A DNA stretch of 64,000 nucleotides from Eledone cirrhosa (taxonomy: Eukaryota). Under the pieces are notes generated by a model. It saw nothing but the letters and a program-made list of their open reading frames with translations, had not been told where the DNA came from and did no database searches. The translations under genes were made by a program, and so were the position numbers. The first letter of the stretch is position 1. Every line of letters starts with the position of its first letter. The stretch is taken from positions 57,784,001-57,848,000 of the forward strand of contig OZ024746.1 in NCBI GenBank assembly GCA_964016885.1. Direction: 5' to 3'. Of this stretch, positions 44,688 to 59,641 are shown in pieces.

Positions 44688-45367
44688 CCAGATTTTTAAA
44701 ACATAAAAATCGAATGAACCATGTATGAAGTAAGATGGCGAGCATGTTGTAACACCAAAGTCCAGGCATAAAAATTACGAAAGAAATGTTTGCAATAAAA
44801 GGAAAACAGCAAAATATATGCATGCAAAAATCAATGATAGGTATCAAGGTAGCCAACCGCTCTTGGCCAGAGAACGACTGGACATCTATCTATCCATCAC
44901 TCAAAGATACAATGTAATCAAAGTAAAAGAAGAGGTCAAAGTTCAAATGTTCAAAATACAGTTCACAGGTGTGCAATCACATGACAGCAGGAAAGAAAGT
45001 GTGTTCCAGAGAATGTATGCAGGTGGTTTCTGGTCTGTGGTATAACGTGAAATTTAATAACCTTTTATAAAGCATGAATTACGTCCATGGTAACGAAACA
45101 TTACCTCCACGATATAAAAGACAATAAACAACAATATATAAATAATCATTGAATTTGTTGGTACATTAATACAGAAAGTTTCTAAATAACAAACATGTCA
45201 GTTCATTGCATTCTACAACACGTGACTGTGTAGAGAAAACCCTAACGTTTTAATTATTTCACTATGTATATATATATATATACACATATATATATAAGTA
45301 TATATACATATATATATATTTCGTTTCTGAATTTATTGGCAACATGACCCTCCCAAAGTATAACAAC

Positions 45368-45423
<56 letters not shown>

Positions 45424-45480
45424 GTATGTATATATATATCTATATCTATGTATGTATATATATATATGTGTGGGTGTGTT

Positions 45481-45517
<37 letters not shown>

Positions 45518-45814
45518 GTATATGTGTGTATTTGTGTGCGTGTGTGTCTATGGTGCATGCATGTGTACCTCAGGCATATACGCGGGCATGTATGTGATTG
45601 TTAATGCATAATTACAACAAAAAAAATGACGGTGTACTCCCAATTGCAATTCTAATTACGCAAAAGCTTTCTAATCACAGGCCAATATACTTTGTAAGCA
45701 TGTTCGACATTTTGCCTACAACGGTATATAAATCTGATTCTATTAGCAGCACTTGTCAGATTAAATCCTCGTTCTTTCAACCACTCTATCTGTCATTATA
45801 AAGCTTGTGATGGA

Positions 45815-45872
45815 AAGAGAGAGAGGAAGACAGAGATAGAGAGAGAAAGAGAAAGAGAGGCTGAGACAGAGT

Positions 45873-45946
<74 letters not shown>
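45815..45946. repeat. (GA)n microsatellite (another at 57315-57441)
   Basis: Direct reading. Confidence 0.95.
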
Positions 45947-45950
<4 letters not shown>

Positions 45951-46360
45951 TTTGGTATGAAGTTCAGGTTTCATTAAGAGAACTTAATTCTTTATCACAC
46001 TGCGAAAGATCAACCTTGACACGTGGACTCATTTAATGAACACTACAGACATCAACTCATTCTATATATATACTCAAACCCACTCAATTATGTCCTGATA
46101 ATACACATATCTTGTCCTTCCAAGTATTGATATAAATGTCATGAATGATTTATATATTTTTACCGATTTTCCTATTTCTGTTCTCATTTTCTTTTATTTT
46201 CGAGTAGCTGTTCTTATTTTTGTTGTTGTAATACCATTTGCCAAAGGATCACAGATATTAATAGTTGTTTTTGTTTTAATACCATGTGCCAAAAGGATTG
46301 CGGTCATCTAATATATGTTTCACATCTAAATTAAATATTCACATTATTTTAATGAATTGA

Positions 46361-47054
46361 GGGTGTTGATTTGGCAGTATCGGTAGAGGGTCGGACGTCA
46401 TGCTTTCCAACATAGAGTTAGGTCTCTTTACGGACTGGGTTCAAATCCTGCCGAGGTTAACTTTGCCTTTCATCCTTGCGCGTTCGGTAAAATAATGTAA
46501 CAGTCACGCACCGGGGTCCATTTAATCGACTTCCCCCTCCCCCAAAATAGCCGGCCTTGTGCCTATATAAGATACCATTATTAATGAGGGCGGTGGATTG
46601 ATAGTATCGGTAGAGAATCGGACGCCATGCTTTCTAAGATAGAGTTACGTCCATTTTGGGACTTAGTTCAAACCCGCCGAGGTTAACTTTGCCTTTCATC
46701 CTTACGAGATCGATAATATAAAGTACCAGTAATGTACTGGGATATTGTGGCATTGTGCCAAACGTAGAAACAATTATGTTAATGAATTGTAGTCCAGGGC
46801 TGCTCTGTCAAAGAGATGCTAGAAGAGATGATACATACCCCCTTGTTGATCTTATTAATGAAGTCGGTGGATTGGAAGTATCGGTAAAGGATCGGACGCC
46901 ATGATTTGTAACATAGAGTTACGTGCCTTTACTACCTGAGTTCAAATCCCACCGAGGTTAACTTTGCCTTTCATCCTTACGGGGTCGATAAAATAAAGTA
47001 CGAGTAACGTACTCGGATAATTACTGGCCTTGCGCCAAAAGTAGAAATAATTAT
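46361..47054 (+). mobile_element. Three head-to-tail SINE copies (46361-46582; 46588-46777; 46862-47054)
   Basis: Each has A/B boxes, the central block and an attat tail. Confidence 0.92.
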
Positions 47055-47139
47055 TCACGAGATTAGTAAACAACTACAGGGAGCCACTTTTATCATAATG
47101 AATATACACAGGTTTTTCACTGGGTTAGTGGGACTGTTT

Positions 47140-48100
47140 GTAAGTGAAATAATTACAATTAGAGCTATTTTACTATATCTGAGGCAAAAAGATCTGAGTG
47201 CCAGAGCAGAGGATAAAGAAATTAATGATGTAGAAATCTCAGAAATTCTGAACGAATGTTTGACACAAAACTGGTACTGACGTTTCAAAGTGGGTGACAA
47301 CAGGTTTGAACACAAAGAAAGGTCAGGGAGACCTTCTGTTTTGGAAGGATGTGGCCTTACTTGAAATAGTTGAATAACAACCAATCGTAAGCAGTCGTAT
47401 ATAGTCGGTAGAACTTGCTCCTTCAGAAAGCACCATCAATCGACACCTGCATAGGCTCATCCTTATGAACAGATACTGTCGAGAAGTTCCTTATAATCTG
47501 ACCAATAACTAAACCCACTGTCTGTTAACAAATGTAAATAGTCCTGAGCTACGTTTTTGGTCTCGAATTATATAACTGGTTCAATTTTCGTATTTCTTAT
47601 ATGAGAAATCAGTGAATTCGTTCAGGTCAGGCTTTTGAACATGTTGTCAAACAAGGGCGGTTTGAACAGAAGGTCTTGTTGTGTGTTTGGTGGAATCTCG
47701 AGGGGGTGTTGTATTTCGAGCTTGTCCCTGATGTCTATGTTGTTCTGAACGCTAACCTTTATGTTCAACAACTGCAATGTTTTTTTGAAATCATACCATT
47801 GTTTAATCGAAGGTGCGCAATCTTACAACATGACAATGCACCAGTACACACTGCAATGTGACTAATTGCAAATATCAGGAACTTGGGAGGATGGCAGTGC
47901 TGTATGATCCTACCTAGAGTCCAAACTTACACCTCCAGAGTATGAGTTTTCCGAGTCATGGCTTGTTTCCTGCGCCGACGGACGTCCAATAACATGGATG
48001 AGGTTGAAGGCAGGGAGTTTTATACAACTTAACCAACCTAATGTTATAAGCGTGAAACTGGGTTTATGGCACTATGATGATAGCAGATAATAGAGTATGG
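47140..48100 (+). mobile_element. Decayed mariner (Tc1/mariner) transposase
   Basis: IRAILLY...NWY*RFKVGD...ERSGRPS; STINRHLHRL; KVLLCVWWNLEGVLYFELVP; ILQHDNAPVHTA; SPNL. Multiple stops and frameshifts; TIRs not identified. Confidence 0.9.
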
Positions 48101-49169
48101 TATGAGAAACATTGATTAATAAGCTCTTTTGGGGGGTTTAGTTTCACCGTACTAATATGGAAAGAATGAAACACGAAAAGTTGTTTCATTCAAACACATA
48201 CATACACACATAAATAAGGATAACATTAAGAAAGATGCTGATGCTACATAAATCGTTTATTCATAATAATTATTCCAACGGTTCTCCCATACAATCCAAG
48301 GTGTAATTCATACATTTGTTGTTTTTATGAAACCATATCTTCAGATGAAATTTGATATGTCATGTGCCGCAGGCAGAAAATAACACGTCCTTCTGTTCGT
48401 GCGCCCGACATACTTATAAGTTCATAAAGGGGTCTTTCCCAGGCGTCGAGTTTTCATTTTCTGGAGTGAAGTGCTACCTATGTGTCGATTAGTGGATCTG
48501 GACTCATGTATCTTCCAAGGAATTAGGGTCGTAAATTACCAAAGAATAAGCCATCAAGTGTATTGTGTTGACCTGCACCATGCGTGGCTAGATTTCAACA
48601 GATTGTGGAAATAATAAATGGAACTCTGACATTCAAGACAACTGCAACATCAGCAACAAATACAACAACAACAATAACATCAACAACAACAACAACAGTA
48701 GCACTAGCAACAAAAAACAATACCGGCAGCAGCAGCAGCAACAACGACAACAACAACAACAACGCTTGTAATGAATCGGTCAAGACGACGGCAACAAAAA
48801 GTCTGGTAGTGTCGGCTGCTTTAAATAAATTCATGCAGTAATAATAATAATAATCGTTCCTACCCTTTAAGCAATAATCCCAGTGCATAACAATAATTAG
48901 CAACAGCAAGAGTAGTCAGTCGTAACTATATTGTTATTAATAATAACAACGGTAACAACAACGCCGAGACAAAAGGGGACTGATAGACTGTGGGTTCGAG
49001 GTGTTGGTAGCGAACATAGGAACAAACAATCTACATAGGATACAAATGCAGGTATACACACGGAGAACAAGGAACAAAGGGATATAAAACACGGACCATC
49101 ATGTCCCGTAAATACGATCCAATACGTGCATAACAGCCTATCCATATATATATATATATATATACATAT

Positions 49170-49420
49170 GATGATGTCACTTTCAGCTTGTGTCTGGAGT
49201 CTAAAAGACAACCACACCCAATATAGGTTGCGCTGGGAGATCCTAGCTGGGGCTGGATGGTGTAGCGGAGGTAAGGGACCATGTGGCCTCTGCGCCGCTG
49301 GGGCCCTGTAGACACTCTGCGCCAGAGACCACATCTTAAACACGGGGTCTGAGGCGGTTTCGGCTTGTAAACATAGATTGCGCAGGACTTTCCTGTATTG
49401 CAGCCCCACGTTGTACCCTA
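49170..49420 (+). mobile_element. PLE GIY-YIG C-terminal fragment
   Basis: SLSACVWSLKDNHTQYRLRWEIL...PCGLC...ILN...SACKH; parallels TLSELIWSLKDKNINYNISW...CNLC in the 8489 ORF. Confidence 0.8.
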
Positions 49421-50749
49421 ACGGATGGTGCGATCTATACGTGGATATTTTACGTCTTGATGTGGTAGCTAAGTATATGTTTTGTTTATACCATTACTTA
49501 TTTGCATAGTTAAGTATATATTACCTGTATGTTTTGTGAAGGTACCTATATTTGATTGTGTATGTTGTGGCGTATAATTTTATATATTCTGGTACATATG
49601 GTTTGGTTATGTGTTACGGGAGTTTTGCGTCTGTGTGAGTGTGCGGGTTCGTACGTATGTAGAGTGTGTGTATATGTGTACTTCGTGTTTTGGTTGACTA
49701 ACGTCTCCGAACATTTGTGTATTTACAGGTGGTATGTGTGTGCGCTTGTTATATACGCATTTATTTATTTATATACGTTTATTTAATTATTTATTTATTT
49801 GTGTACACGCATACACACACACACATATTTATATGTGCGTGGTTTTGTATACCTATGGTAAGTGTTTTCGCGTATGCTTGTGTATGTACGTATTTGTATG
49901 CGTGTATGTATTTATTTAATTTCTATTACTTCTGTATTGTATTTATTTACTTTGTTCTTGACTCTGAAGCGGAGATTCATTCGGTCTCCTTGTTAGGATT
50001 TTGGTCTGCGACTTCTGCTGTGCCATTTACGTGGTTTTGTCTTTGCGTGCAATTGTTCTCCACGCTCCACATATGGCGTATTATCTTTTTTTTTTTCATT
50101 CATTGCCGGAGAACGTCTCTGTGGGCCACCTAGGAGAACATTAGTCTACGGCCTCTTTTGTGCCATGAACGTGGTTCTGTCTTTGCGAGTAATTGTTTTT
50201 CACCGGCCCTATTAATGACGTATTATATTCGTTTTTTCCCGTTCTTTGCCAGGGAACGTTTCCACGAACCTACGTATCGTCTTCCTGTCTTCCTCCTGTT
50301 GCAACGTTTTTTGAAATATCCACTTCTGCGTTTACAGATTGACTTTGTTAGTTTCAGAAGATTCCGTTAAGGGTGAAACAGCAATTCTTTGCTTAAATTT
50401 TAATCTGTTATTTTAATAAATATTTTCTCTACGGTTCTTATATATTTGATATATATTTATCCTTATCGAGCCCTCTTTGGATTTTAGTCTTCAATTTTAT
50501 TATTATTACTATATATATATATATGAAAGTAAGACACATATATTATAAGAATATAGGAGAAAGAACTATGATATAATATATTAGATGCTTATAGCCGAAG
50601 CAAAGATCCCACCTTCATTCGTTTAAGGAACTCAACTTCTCTCGCTAACTATATTACTCAATCAATGGAATCTAACACACGTTGCACAATGGAGTTTAAT
50701 AGACTGGGGAGCCTCAATAATTAATGTAATTTACGTCTGATGGAGGCAT

Positions 50750-50939
50750 AGGTGGATTTGGCAGTATCGCTAGAAGGTCGGACGCCATACTTTGCAGCAA
50801 AGAGTTACGGCCTTTATGGTCTGAGTTCAAATCCCGCCGAGGTTAACTTTGCCTTTCATCCTTACGGGGTCGATGAAATAAAGTACCAGTAATGCTCTGG
50901 AATAATTGCTGGCCTTGTGCCAAAAGTAGACACAATTAT
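50750..50939 (+). mobile_element. tRNA-derived SINE
   Basis: Matches the copy at 27568. Confidence 0.92.
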
Positions 50940-53900
50940 ATTATATGCTCCGCACCCACACTAATTAACAGTAGAGCCGTAACAGTAATCAATTGCTCGC
51001 ATAGACTTACCTATTTTTTCTGTAACAGAGTATATGATCCGACATGGCCAACTAAGTTGTTCGACCTAACATTCCTCCCTGAAAGATAAAGTATATACTC
51101 CGTTAGTTATTTACTATAAAACTAGTCAAAATATTTTAATTATTTTTTCTTCCTCATTTTAATGTATAATGTCCTATTCATCACAATTTTCTTATCCACA
51201 AAACCAAGCAATTATATGCAACTACAACACTAAACCATTGCAACTTATAATTGATGGCTTAATTTAAGTGTGTATGCATTAGTTAGCAATACACTAACTA
51301 AAATGTACTCTACTAATATCACTTAATTTTGGCAGGCCATAACTAAATTACAAATACACCTCAGTTATCTCCATTAGGATAATTATGCCCCTTTAACGCC
51401 ACCATTTTGAAAAAAAGATTAAATTGATAATGGTCTGAATATGAATGCTGTGTGTTTTTATACCTCGAAGCATTTTTCTTAAAGAATAAATGCATAGTAA
51501 ATGTGTATCCTTAACTGGCTGTCATACGAATTCGACTTTCCCGCCAGCAACATCTTTAAGGACAATAATCTTTCTCTGACAAGTCTTATAAGTGCATGCA
51601 TATCTACTGTATAATATATACATACCTATATTTCTACGTGCGATATCATAACTTTGCTCGAAGACGTAACACCGTATAAAAATTAAATCTTGTTTTCAAA
51701 TGTCTAGCTTTCTCCTCCATACATGTTTCATTATATATATATGTGTGTGTGCATGTATATATATATAATAGCACAGTTCTTGTCCACCAAAGCATTCAGT
51801 ACCTTCTTTAACTGTGTTGCCCTCCTGATCACCTTCGGGAATCTACAAGTCATTTATATCGATATATGATGTATATTAAAATATGTTGATTGATTGATTA
51901 ATTGCTGATATTTGAAAACAAGGAATTTTTAATGATTAAATTATTGGTATAATATCGCTAGCTCTATGCTGAAGCCTCCTGATGATACTTACATTCAGTC
52001 CAGCCACGTACAGTGCCGCGCTCTCTCCGTTTAGGCGTCACAACCTGGATAGTTTGCTAGATGAACGACAGATAATTCTCCTGCGCGTGTTATCTAATTA
52101 TGAAAGGGGATATATAACGTGAAGAATATGTGGTTTGGTAACTAATTTGATAAGCCTAGGAAATGTTATTTGTTATTAACACTAAAAGCATTTAAGGTAG
52201 AATCTAAGCAAATTGAAAATCCATTCGAATAGATTTACAGAGAGTTTGTTTAAGCTTTACCAAGGATTCTTCATTTGCTATTCCGAGAATTAGCATATGA
52301 ACAAAATCGCAAATCGAGCCATGGCATAATCACATAAGAACCATCTTCACCTATTAATGCATATATATAAAGGCCGAGTGCACAAATATAGCTCTTGGTA
52401 TCGAAGCTGCAACTAACCAATGATTATCACTTTGTAAAACTAGAGTTTATAAAAATGTAAAATAGAAAGAAGCGAGCGACTATAAAGTCAGAAATAAGGA
52501 AATGCGGATGGAATGTGTATTTAAGTTCTGAATTTGTTTTTTGGTATAGTTCAGTTACTGTATTAATTCGTCATACAGACTCCTAGAGGTATATAACATT
52601 GCGTCTTTGTAGAATAATCGCTTATTTGTTCATATAGGATTAATTTACATTTTACATTTATTAATCAATTTGTACCTGGAGAACACTGTACAGCAACACA
52701 TTGTATACTATAGCACCAGTCTCGATAAAAATAAGTTGAATACATTTTATAGAGAAATGTATTTAGAATAATATACATATATAAAGCCACGTGAGATTTT
52801 GTGATAACATATTTCTCTTGCAGCTCCATCTGTATTCAGTGTGCAAAACCATTTCACCTTTAGAATGTTTAGTGAAAAATAGAAATAAATAGTTAGTGAG
52901 TTGCCCTTAGGTTAAATGTACATTGTTCACTTAACTCTGAAGAGGTCAATATGTTAAGATAAATTCTAGCAATGAGAATATATACAAATATTTTTAAAAC
53001 ATTGCTATATCTACCGTTTCTATATTAGGCTAATTTCACACACACTTGAATACATTCGTTGTGAGATCGAATAGTGTATGAGTGTGAGTGAGAGTGTGCG
53101 TGACTGAGTAATAGTGTACATAATTAAATAATTCCCGTGTCCCATTGTGAATATATATCTCATTTTACATCCCTTTGGCCATCTCTCTCCATCTTACACA
53201 TCAACCTCTCTTATTTCTTCCACGGCAACAAACATAGCGTTCAATCTATAAGGTATAACCCCCAAAATATACCTTACCATGCACCCTGCGTTCGTACAAA
53301 ATGAAGGACACATAGGGTAATAAATTCAGGAATATAAATTTAAAATATTGGTTACTAAAATTTTTCTTTTTAGTTTTATTTATTGGTTCTTTGTGTTGTG
53401 TGAACTTCATTGTAATATTTCTGAGTTTTTAGTCCATAGTGTGTAAATGGGAGAATACCAAAATAGTCTGGTCAATATATATCAGTGTGAGTTCGAAGTT
53501 TACAACTTTTCCATATGGAACTAAGTTTAACAAATATTGACCATTAAATACTAATGAAGTTAAAGGAGCGACGTCGTAACATATGGCTTCTTGGCATATG
53601 AAACCTGATGGTGCATGTACTTTTCCAGGTTTGTACCCTGTTTATTTCCTGCGGGAATGTGCTGGACCGAGGAAATGAAAGTGAGAATGACTGTTCAGGG
53701 ACAGCCGACCCCATTACTTTAGTGTTATTTTATTTATCGACCTCAAAGATCTGAAAGGCCAAGTTGGCAACAGCGGGATTCTTACGACACTGACAATTTG
53801 ACGCCGTCAATAACATTAGACCTTCTTAATCAGGTTTATAAGCTATAATACATTTTATAATTATGATTACCTCGTCCGTGGATTTACATACTTTTGTTAT

Positions 53901-54366
53901 TGGAAAGCCTTCTAACTTTATGATTTGTGTTATCTGTTTAATTCTAGGAGTTACATAATTCATGCACACACACACAGAGACACACAAACGCATATATATA
54001 TATATATACATTATGAAGAGAGAAGAAACATTTAGATATAATTAGTAATAAAATGTATCATACCTAAACTGCTCCTAAATTCCTCGACTACGTAGTTTCG
54101 TGGCATGATACATTTTATTACTAATTATATCTAAATTTTATTACTAATTATATCTAAATGTTTCTTCTCTCTTCATAATGTATTTTTAACTCTGATACTG
54201 GTTCAGTCTAGTTCAACTGAATTGGTCTGTCCCGGTCATTCATTGAGCAACATCGGTGAAGTTGGCACCCTTAACTCATAGTTGGGTGCGGATGCATTCA
54301 TGTATATATGTGTGTGTCCGCATGTATCTGTGTGTTTCTAAATATATTATATATATATATATATAT

Positions 54367-54612
54367 AAACAAGAAATTAAAAGATGGTTAACAAAGTTCC
54401 ATATATTTTATTATGCGCATTTATTTTAACTGGTGAGAACACAATTTTTGTCCCAGGATGAAGTTATTTTCGAAATGCGCATAATAAAATATATGGAACT
54501 TTTTTAACCATCTTTTAATTTCTTCTTTATATATACTCCAGTTCTACTAACTGTTGAGTGCTACTTATCTGATATATGCATAGTTTTATTGTTCTACAAT
54601 ATTACTCACCTC
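54367..54612 (+). mobile_element. Fold-back pLTR end of the 7326-10222 family
   Basis: gaaatgcgcataataaaat...tatactccag...gagtgctacttatc...actcacctcc, then TA; 54370-54421 is inverted. Confidence 0.85.
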
Positions 54613-54613
54613 C

Positions 54614-54689
<76 letters not shown>

Positions 54690-54989
54690 TATACGAGTAT
54701 TCATAGGTTGAAGTAATATTTCTAAATAGGCATCTGAGAGTTTATATGCGTGTCCGTGTATACATGCGTGTATGCACGCAGGGGCCTGTGTACGCATGTT
54801 TCTAAGGTATTTTATGCCACTAGTAGAATAAGATACATTTGTAATACACTTGAGGATTTATCCTTGCCTGTAAATGCATGTGTACGATGGATGTTTATAT
54901 CGCATGCCAATGTGGCTTTGCTGACTGTATAAACGCACACAAATACGCAAGTACACACACACACACATACAAATATATCAATATGCATA

Positions 54990-55119
<130 letters not shown>

Positions 55120-56198
55120 CATGCATATATACATAGATGCATACCTATATATACGTACATACATACATATAGTTGCATTAGTGTAAAACTGTCTGTATCC
55201 CTGTATATGGATTCACGTGTGTACGCGTGAATGAGAAAGAGAATGTGCGTGAGAGAGATAGAGAGTGGTACTTTTAAGTCTTAAGAAACTTTCCAGATTT
55301 ATTGTCGAACAACCGAAATATTTCAATTAAACTGTCAATCACAGAAGCAAAGTTTGTAACTGCGGCTGTTTCTTGGAGTAGTACACCTTCATTGAATCTG
55401 GTTGGCAACCAAATAGTGTCTTGGCATCGCAGATGACATAGCACTGGAATCCATGCATAGATTAAACCTAATCAACTATAATACATTCCCTTTTATACTC
55501 TTCAAAGAATATCTTTTGAATTAATTCATTGAAAGTGGAGTAGTAAATTTATTTATTCGCGGTGCAAATAATGTGTGCGCCTGTCTATATGAAGATGTAT
55601 GTATGGGTTTACGAGTCTACGTATATATGTATATATATATATATATATATACTTGTGTGTACACGTGTATGGAAGTATGTATTCGCATCTCTTTGTATCT
55701 ATTTATGAAGGTATTTGTACGTCCTGACGCTTTGTACATGTTCATCTATATGTGTCTATGGGAATTTTTATGTTTGTATTTGTCTTGGTGTATGTATTGT
55801 GTAGGATATAGAAGAACGTATGCTTGTATGTTTGTATGTATCAGTTGCTTTGAGTGGATTCGATGCCCTTTCTAAAATACGGAAAGTTAAATCCATTTAT
55901 ACTCGTCGTAGGAACTCTTTTATTGAACCTGAAGAATATTCAGTAAAACGACAACAACGGAAGCATCGGAAACGTTGGGAACAAATGCAATAGAAAACAG
56001 TATATCTACATAAATATGTAAACTATAATATCCTTATAAATGCGTGTGTGTGTGTAAAACAGACAGGCAGACACACCCTTCGCACACGCACGTATATATG
56101 TATATATGTATATATATATACGTATATATATATGCGTATATATATATATATAGACGTATATATATACGTATATATATATAAATATATCTATATATATA

Positions 56199-56229
<31 letters not shown>

Positions 56230-56464
56230 TCATTCTTGACCCAGAGTCTTAAAATCACTCACGGAGGAGTAAAACGTAACTGGACTCCTTACAAGGGCAT
56301 TTGTCACATGCCGCTCTTGGCCATGAGTATCCCGGGTGGTTCGTGAAGTCGTCTCACTATCTCGTCCTTGGACGTCGTTTTGGTCTTGTCCCTTTTCTTG
56401 GTGCCCACTTTTATTATATATATATATATATATGCGTGTGCGTTTGTGTGTGTGTGAATTAATC

Positions 56465-57195
56465 AGACTGTCAATAAGTTGTATAAAATTAATGACCGTA
56501 TATATGGTTTATTTACTGGACAAGCTAACAATAGCCGTTGCCAAATATTCCACAAATCATATGGTAATCTCCTCAAAGAAATAAAAGTAAGCTCGCTAAA
56601 ACTTCATTAAAAATATCAGCAGGAAGGTATTCAAATTCTCTTCTATCGAAGGTATAATTAACACTGGCTCCTCTTAGAAAATAATTTACTCTCCACATCA
56701 CTACTCTATATCTAGCAAGAGGAGATCCAAGCATAAAGCCATTCTTGTGCAGCCTTAAAACTAACGTGGGAAAAATTCGAACAATTTCACACTTCTTTGT
56801 AGGCAAGAAAATCGTCAATGATGTTACCATCAGCGAAAATCGGATGTACTTGTACTCGAAATACGAAATGACGCTTCAAAAGTAAATACAGGACCCTTTT
56901 ACTCTGCAGATGATCAAAAAACCTAAGAGAATGCGCTCTTGACCAACATTGTAACACTCCATTGGTGATATATGAAGCAGAAGTGAGGTTCAAATACTAA
57001 ATCCACGAAACCAAATCTAGACACATATAGGTCTGTTGAAGAATCATTTCAACTGTTGTTTTATTAATCGTGAAGTGACATTTTGACACCCAAATATGAT
57101 ACACATTGAACCTCCAAAAAATAGCATGGATTTCTCCATAAAATGGAGGATCCTCAAACACACACCCTGCATTTTGGGGTGGGAGTGTTGTCATC
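56465..57195 (-). pseudogene. Decayed coding segment, possibly an endogenous hepe-like/alpha-like RNA virus replicase (methyltransferase/Y region)
   Basis: Two collinear ORFs joined by one stop, plus a third after a frameshift. LVSWI, KRV..HFV, IFADG, RLHKNGFML and FLRGASVNYT resemble hepevirus Y-domain motifs recalled from memory; no search was run. Confidence 0.35.
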
Positions 57196-57373
57196 TAGGT
57201 AGGTGTGAAAAGTTGGAATATACTTACACAACTATATTCTAAAAAGACCTGCTTGAATAATCAACTGAATTTTTCCAAAAGTTAACTACATGAACCAATA
57301 TAGGAGCATCTCTAGAAAGAGACCGAGAGACGGGAGAGAGAGGCAGAGAGAGAGAGATAGAGAGAGATAAAGA

Positions 57374-57445
<72 letters not shown>

Positions 57446-57883
57446 ATTATGCTCATGATATCGAAATATTTGTCGTGTACTTTCTGCTTAATATACTTGA
57501 TTAGAGAAAGAGAAGTGAATTATCTAAATAATATAAGAAGTACCTGTTACTCTAACTTCGTAACGAGCACTCGCCCACTTGCTTGCGTATGTGTACCTAC
57601 GATTATGCACATATATGTTATAATTACATACGCACACACACACATATAATTATATATATATATATATATTTGTCTGTGTGTGTGTATCTAAGTGTTTGTG
57701 CACGTGCATGTGTGCGTATAGAATATATATATATCTATATATATATATATGACACCACTACATACACTCATATATGCACATATATGATATATTTGTTCTG
57801 CTTATCACCGCTAAAATATGAAATACATTAATATACCGTTGAATTAGATGTGGGCAGATGTATTCAATTCGTTTACATGTATT

Positions 57884-57958
<75 letters not shown>

Positions 57959-58717
57959 TATGTGTGTCTGTGTGTCTGTGTTCCCGTGTGTGCGTATGTG
58001 CGTGAGTGTGTGCAATACGGAGAAATCATTATTGTCAGTGATTCCATTTATTTATATCATCAATCATCGTAAATTTAATCACAATAAATATAAATGTGTT
58101 TTTTTCCCCAAGAGTACTTCATCTTTTTTCTACTATACCGCATTGTTTATTTGCTTAGTTATTTGTTCCTATTTACTATTGTTATTCTATTCTTTATTTT
58201 TTTTTTATTTTTGTTTTGTCATTCATCAAACGCTTGTAAGAACTCCACTATTCATACATATTCACTCACAACAAATATATATCTTTACTCTATTTACTTA
58301 CCTAGTGCAACTTATTGGAACAAACTGACCGAATATTGAATCATTACTTTCCCAAAGGAGGTAAATCTTGTTTACACTGATACTTCATTGTCAAAATATA
58401 TTCAAAATTATCTTAATTTAAGAGAATCTTTGTGACAGATAGCTGGTGGCAAGTTGGAACTATGTAACTATGTACATGACTTTTTCAGGCCGTATCCGAC
58501 TGTTGATTTAGATAGGGCTGTTTTGATAGGGTTTATTTATATTCAGTATAAATGACTGACGTGTGGTATTTGAAATAGTAATATGAACAGGGCAAGAGTC
58601 GCTTCGTTCGGGTCTGTTTCATCCGTCACTTATTCTGTTTTTTTTTTCTGTTTGAAAAGGACTATGACCGTTGTATTAATGAAACTTTCCTATTCCACAG
58701 GCTTTGATCTAATCGTT

Positions 58718-58738
58718 TTACTACTACTACTACTACTA

Positions 58739-58779
<41 letters not shown>

Positions 58780-58827
58780 GCAACATCAACAGCAACAACA
58801 ACAACAACAACAACAACAACAACTACA

Positions 58828-58861
<34 letters not shown>

Positions 58862-58869
58862 ATATTACG

Positions 58870-58915
<46 letters not shown>
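58718..58915. repeat. (CTA)n/(CAA)n trinucleotide array
   Basis: Direct reading. Confidence 0.95.
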
Positions 58916-58993
58916 ATTGTAATATGTTCCGTTGGAATATTTTGCCTACACTCCACCTGAACGTGTTACACCAAATTTCTGAATTGATTTAAG

Positions 58994-59158
58994 TAGGGCC
59001 GGATTCAGGACGAATGATGCCACGTGCTAGTTAAGTTATGATACCCCATACCTGGGCCTAGAAGGAGGATAACAATGTTTGAAAAAGAAGATGGGCTCCC
59101 CTGGCAAACGGGGCCCTGTTCTTGAGCACACCTAAACACATTTGTAAACCCGGCACTG
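58994..59158. mobile_element. Possible MITE
   Basis: Imperfect terminal inverted repeats tagggccggatt / aacccggcactg; no TSD recognised. Confidence 0.35.
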
Positions 59159-59580
59159 GACATAAAGTAATTATGTATGATCAATGGAGGGAAGTGTTCG
59201 GGAGCTGGTGGATGGAAGAAGCTTGTTATTCATTGTCAGTTGAGAAGAGCGTGTAAGGTTCTGTGAGTTTTAGGTAGATCACGTAAGTTGAAACATTCTA
59301 TAGAAATGATAGCAAAAAATTATCAAATATATAAGAAAATGGAAATAAAATATGCGCTGATAATGTTTAACAAAGAAGAGATGCGGAAAGGCTTGACCGG
59401 TGCACCCTTCAACAAGTCTCGCAGCCTGAATAGCGTGGATAAAATTCAATCAATTGGGACTATCTATGTAATTACTTTCGTGCGGGAAATATCCCCCAAA
59501 AATCACTAAATCAAATTTTAGAAGTACACTCGAGTTCAAAGGAAAATTACTCACGTGATAATGTTCAAATAATTCCCTGC

Positions 59581-59641
<61 letters not shown>

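Noticed and set aside
48520-48590. HGAGQHNTLDG on minus as RdRp motif B
   Set aside because: Lacks the SG and N residues, and no GDD follows.
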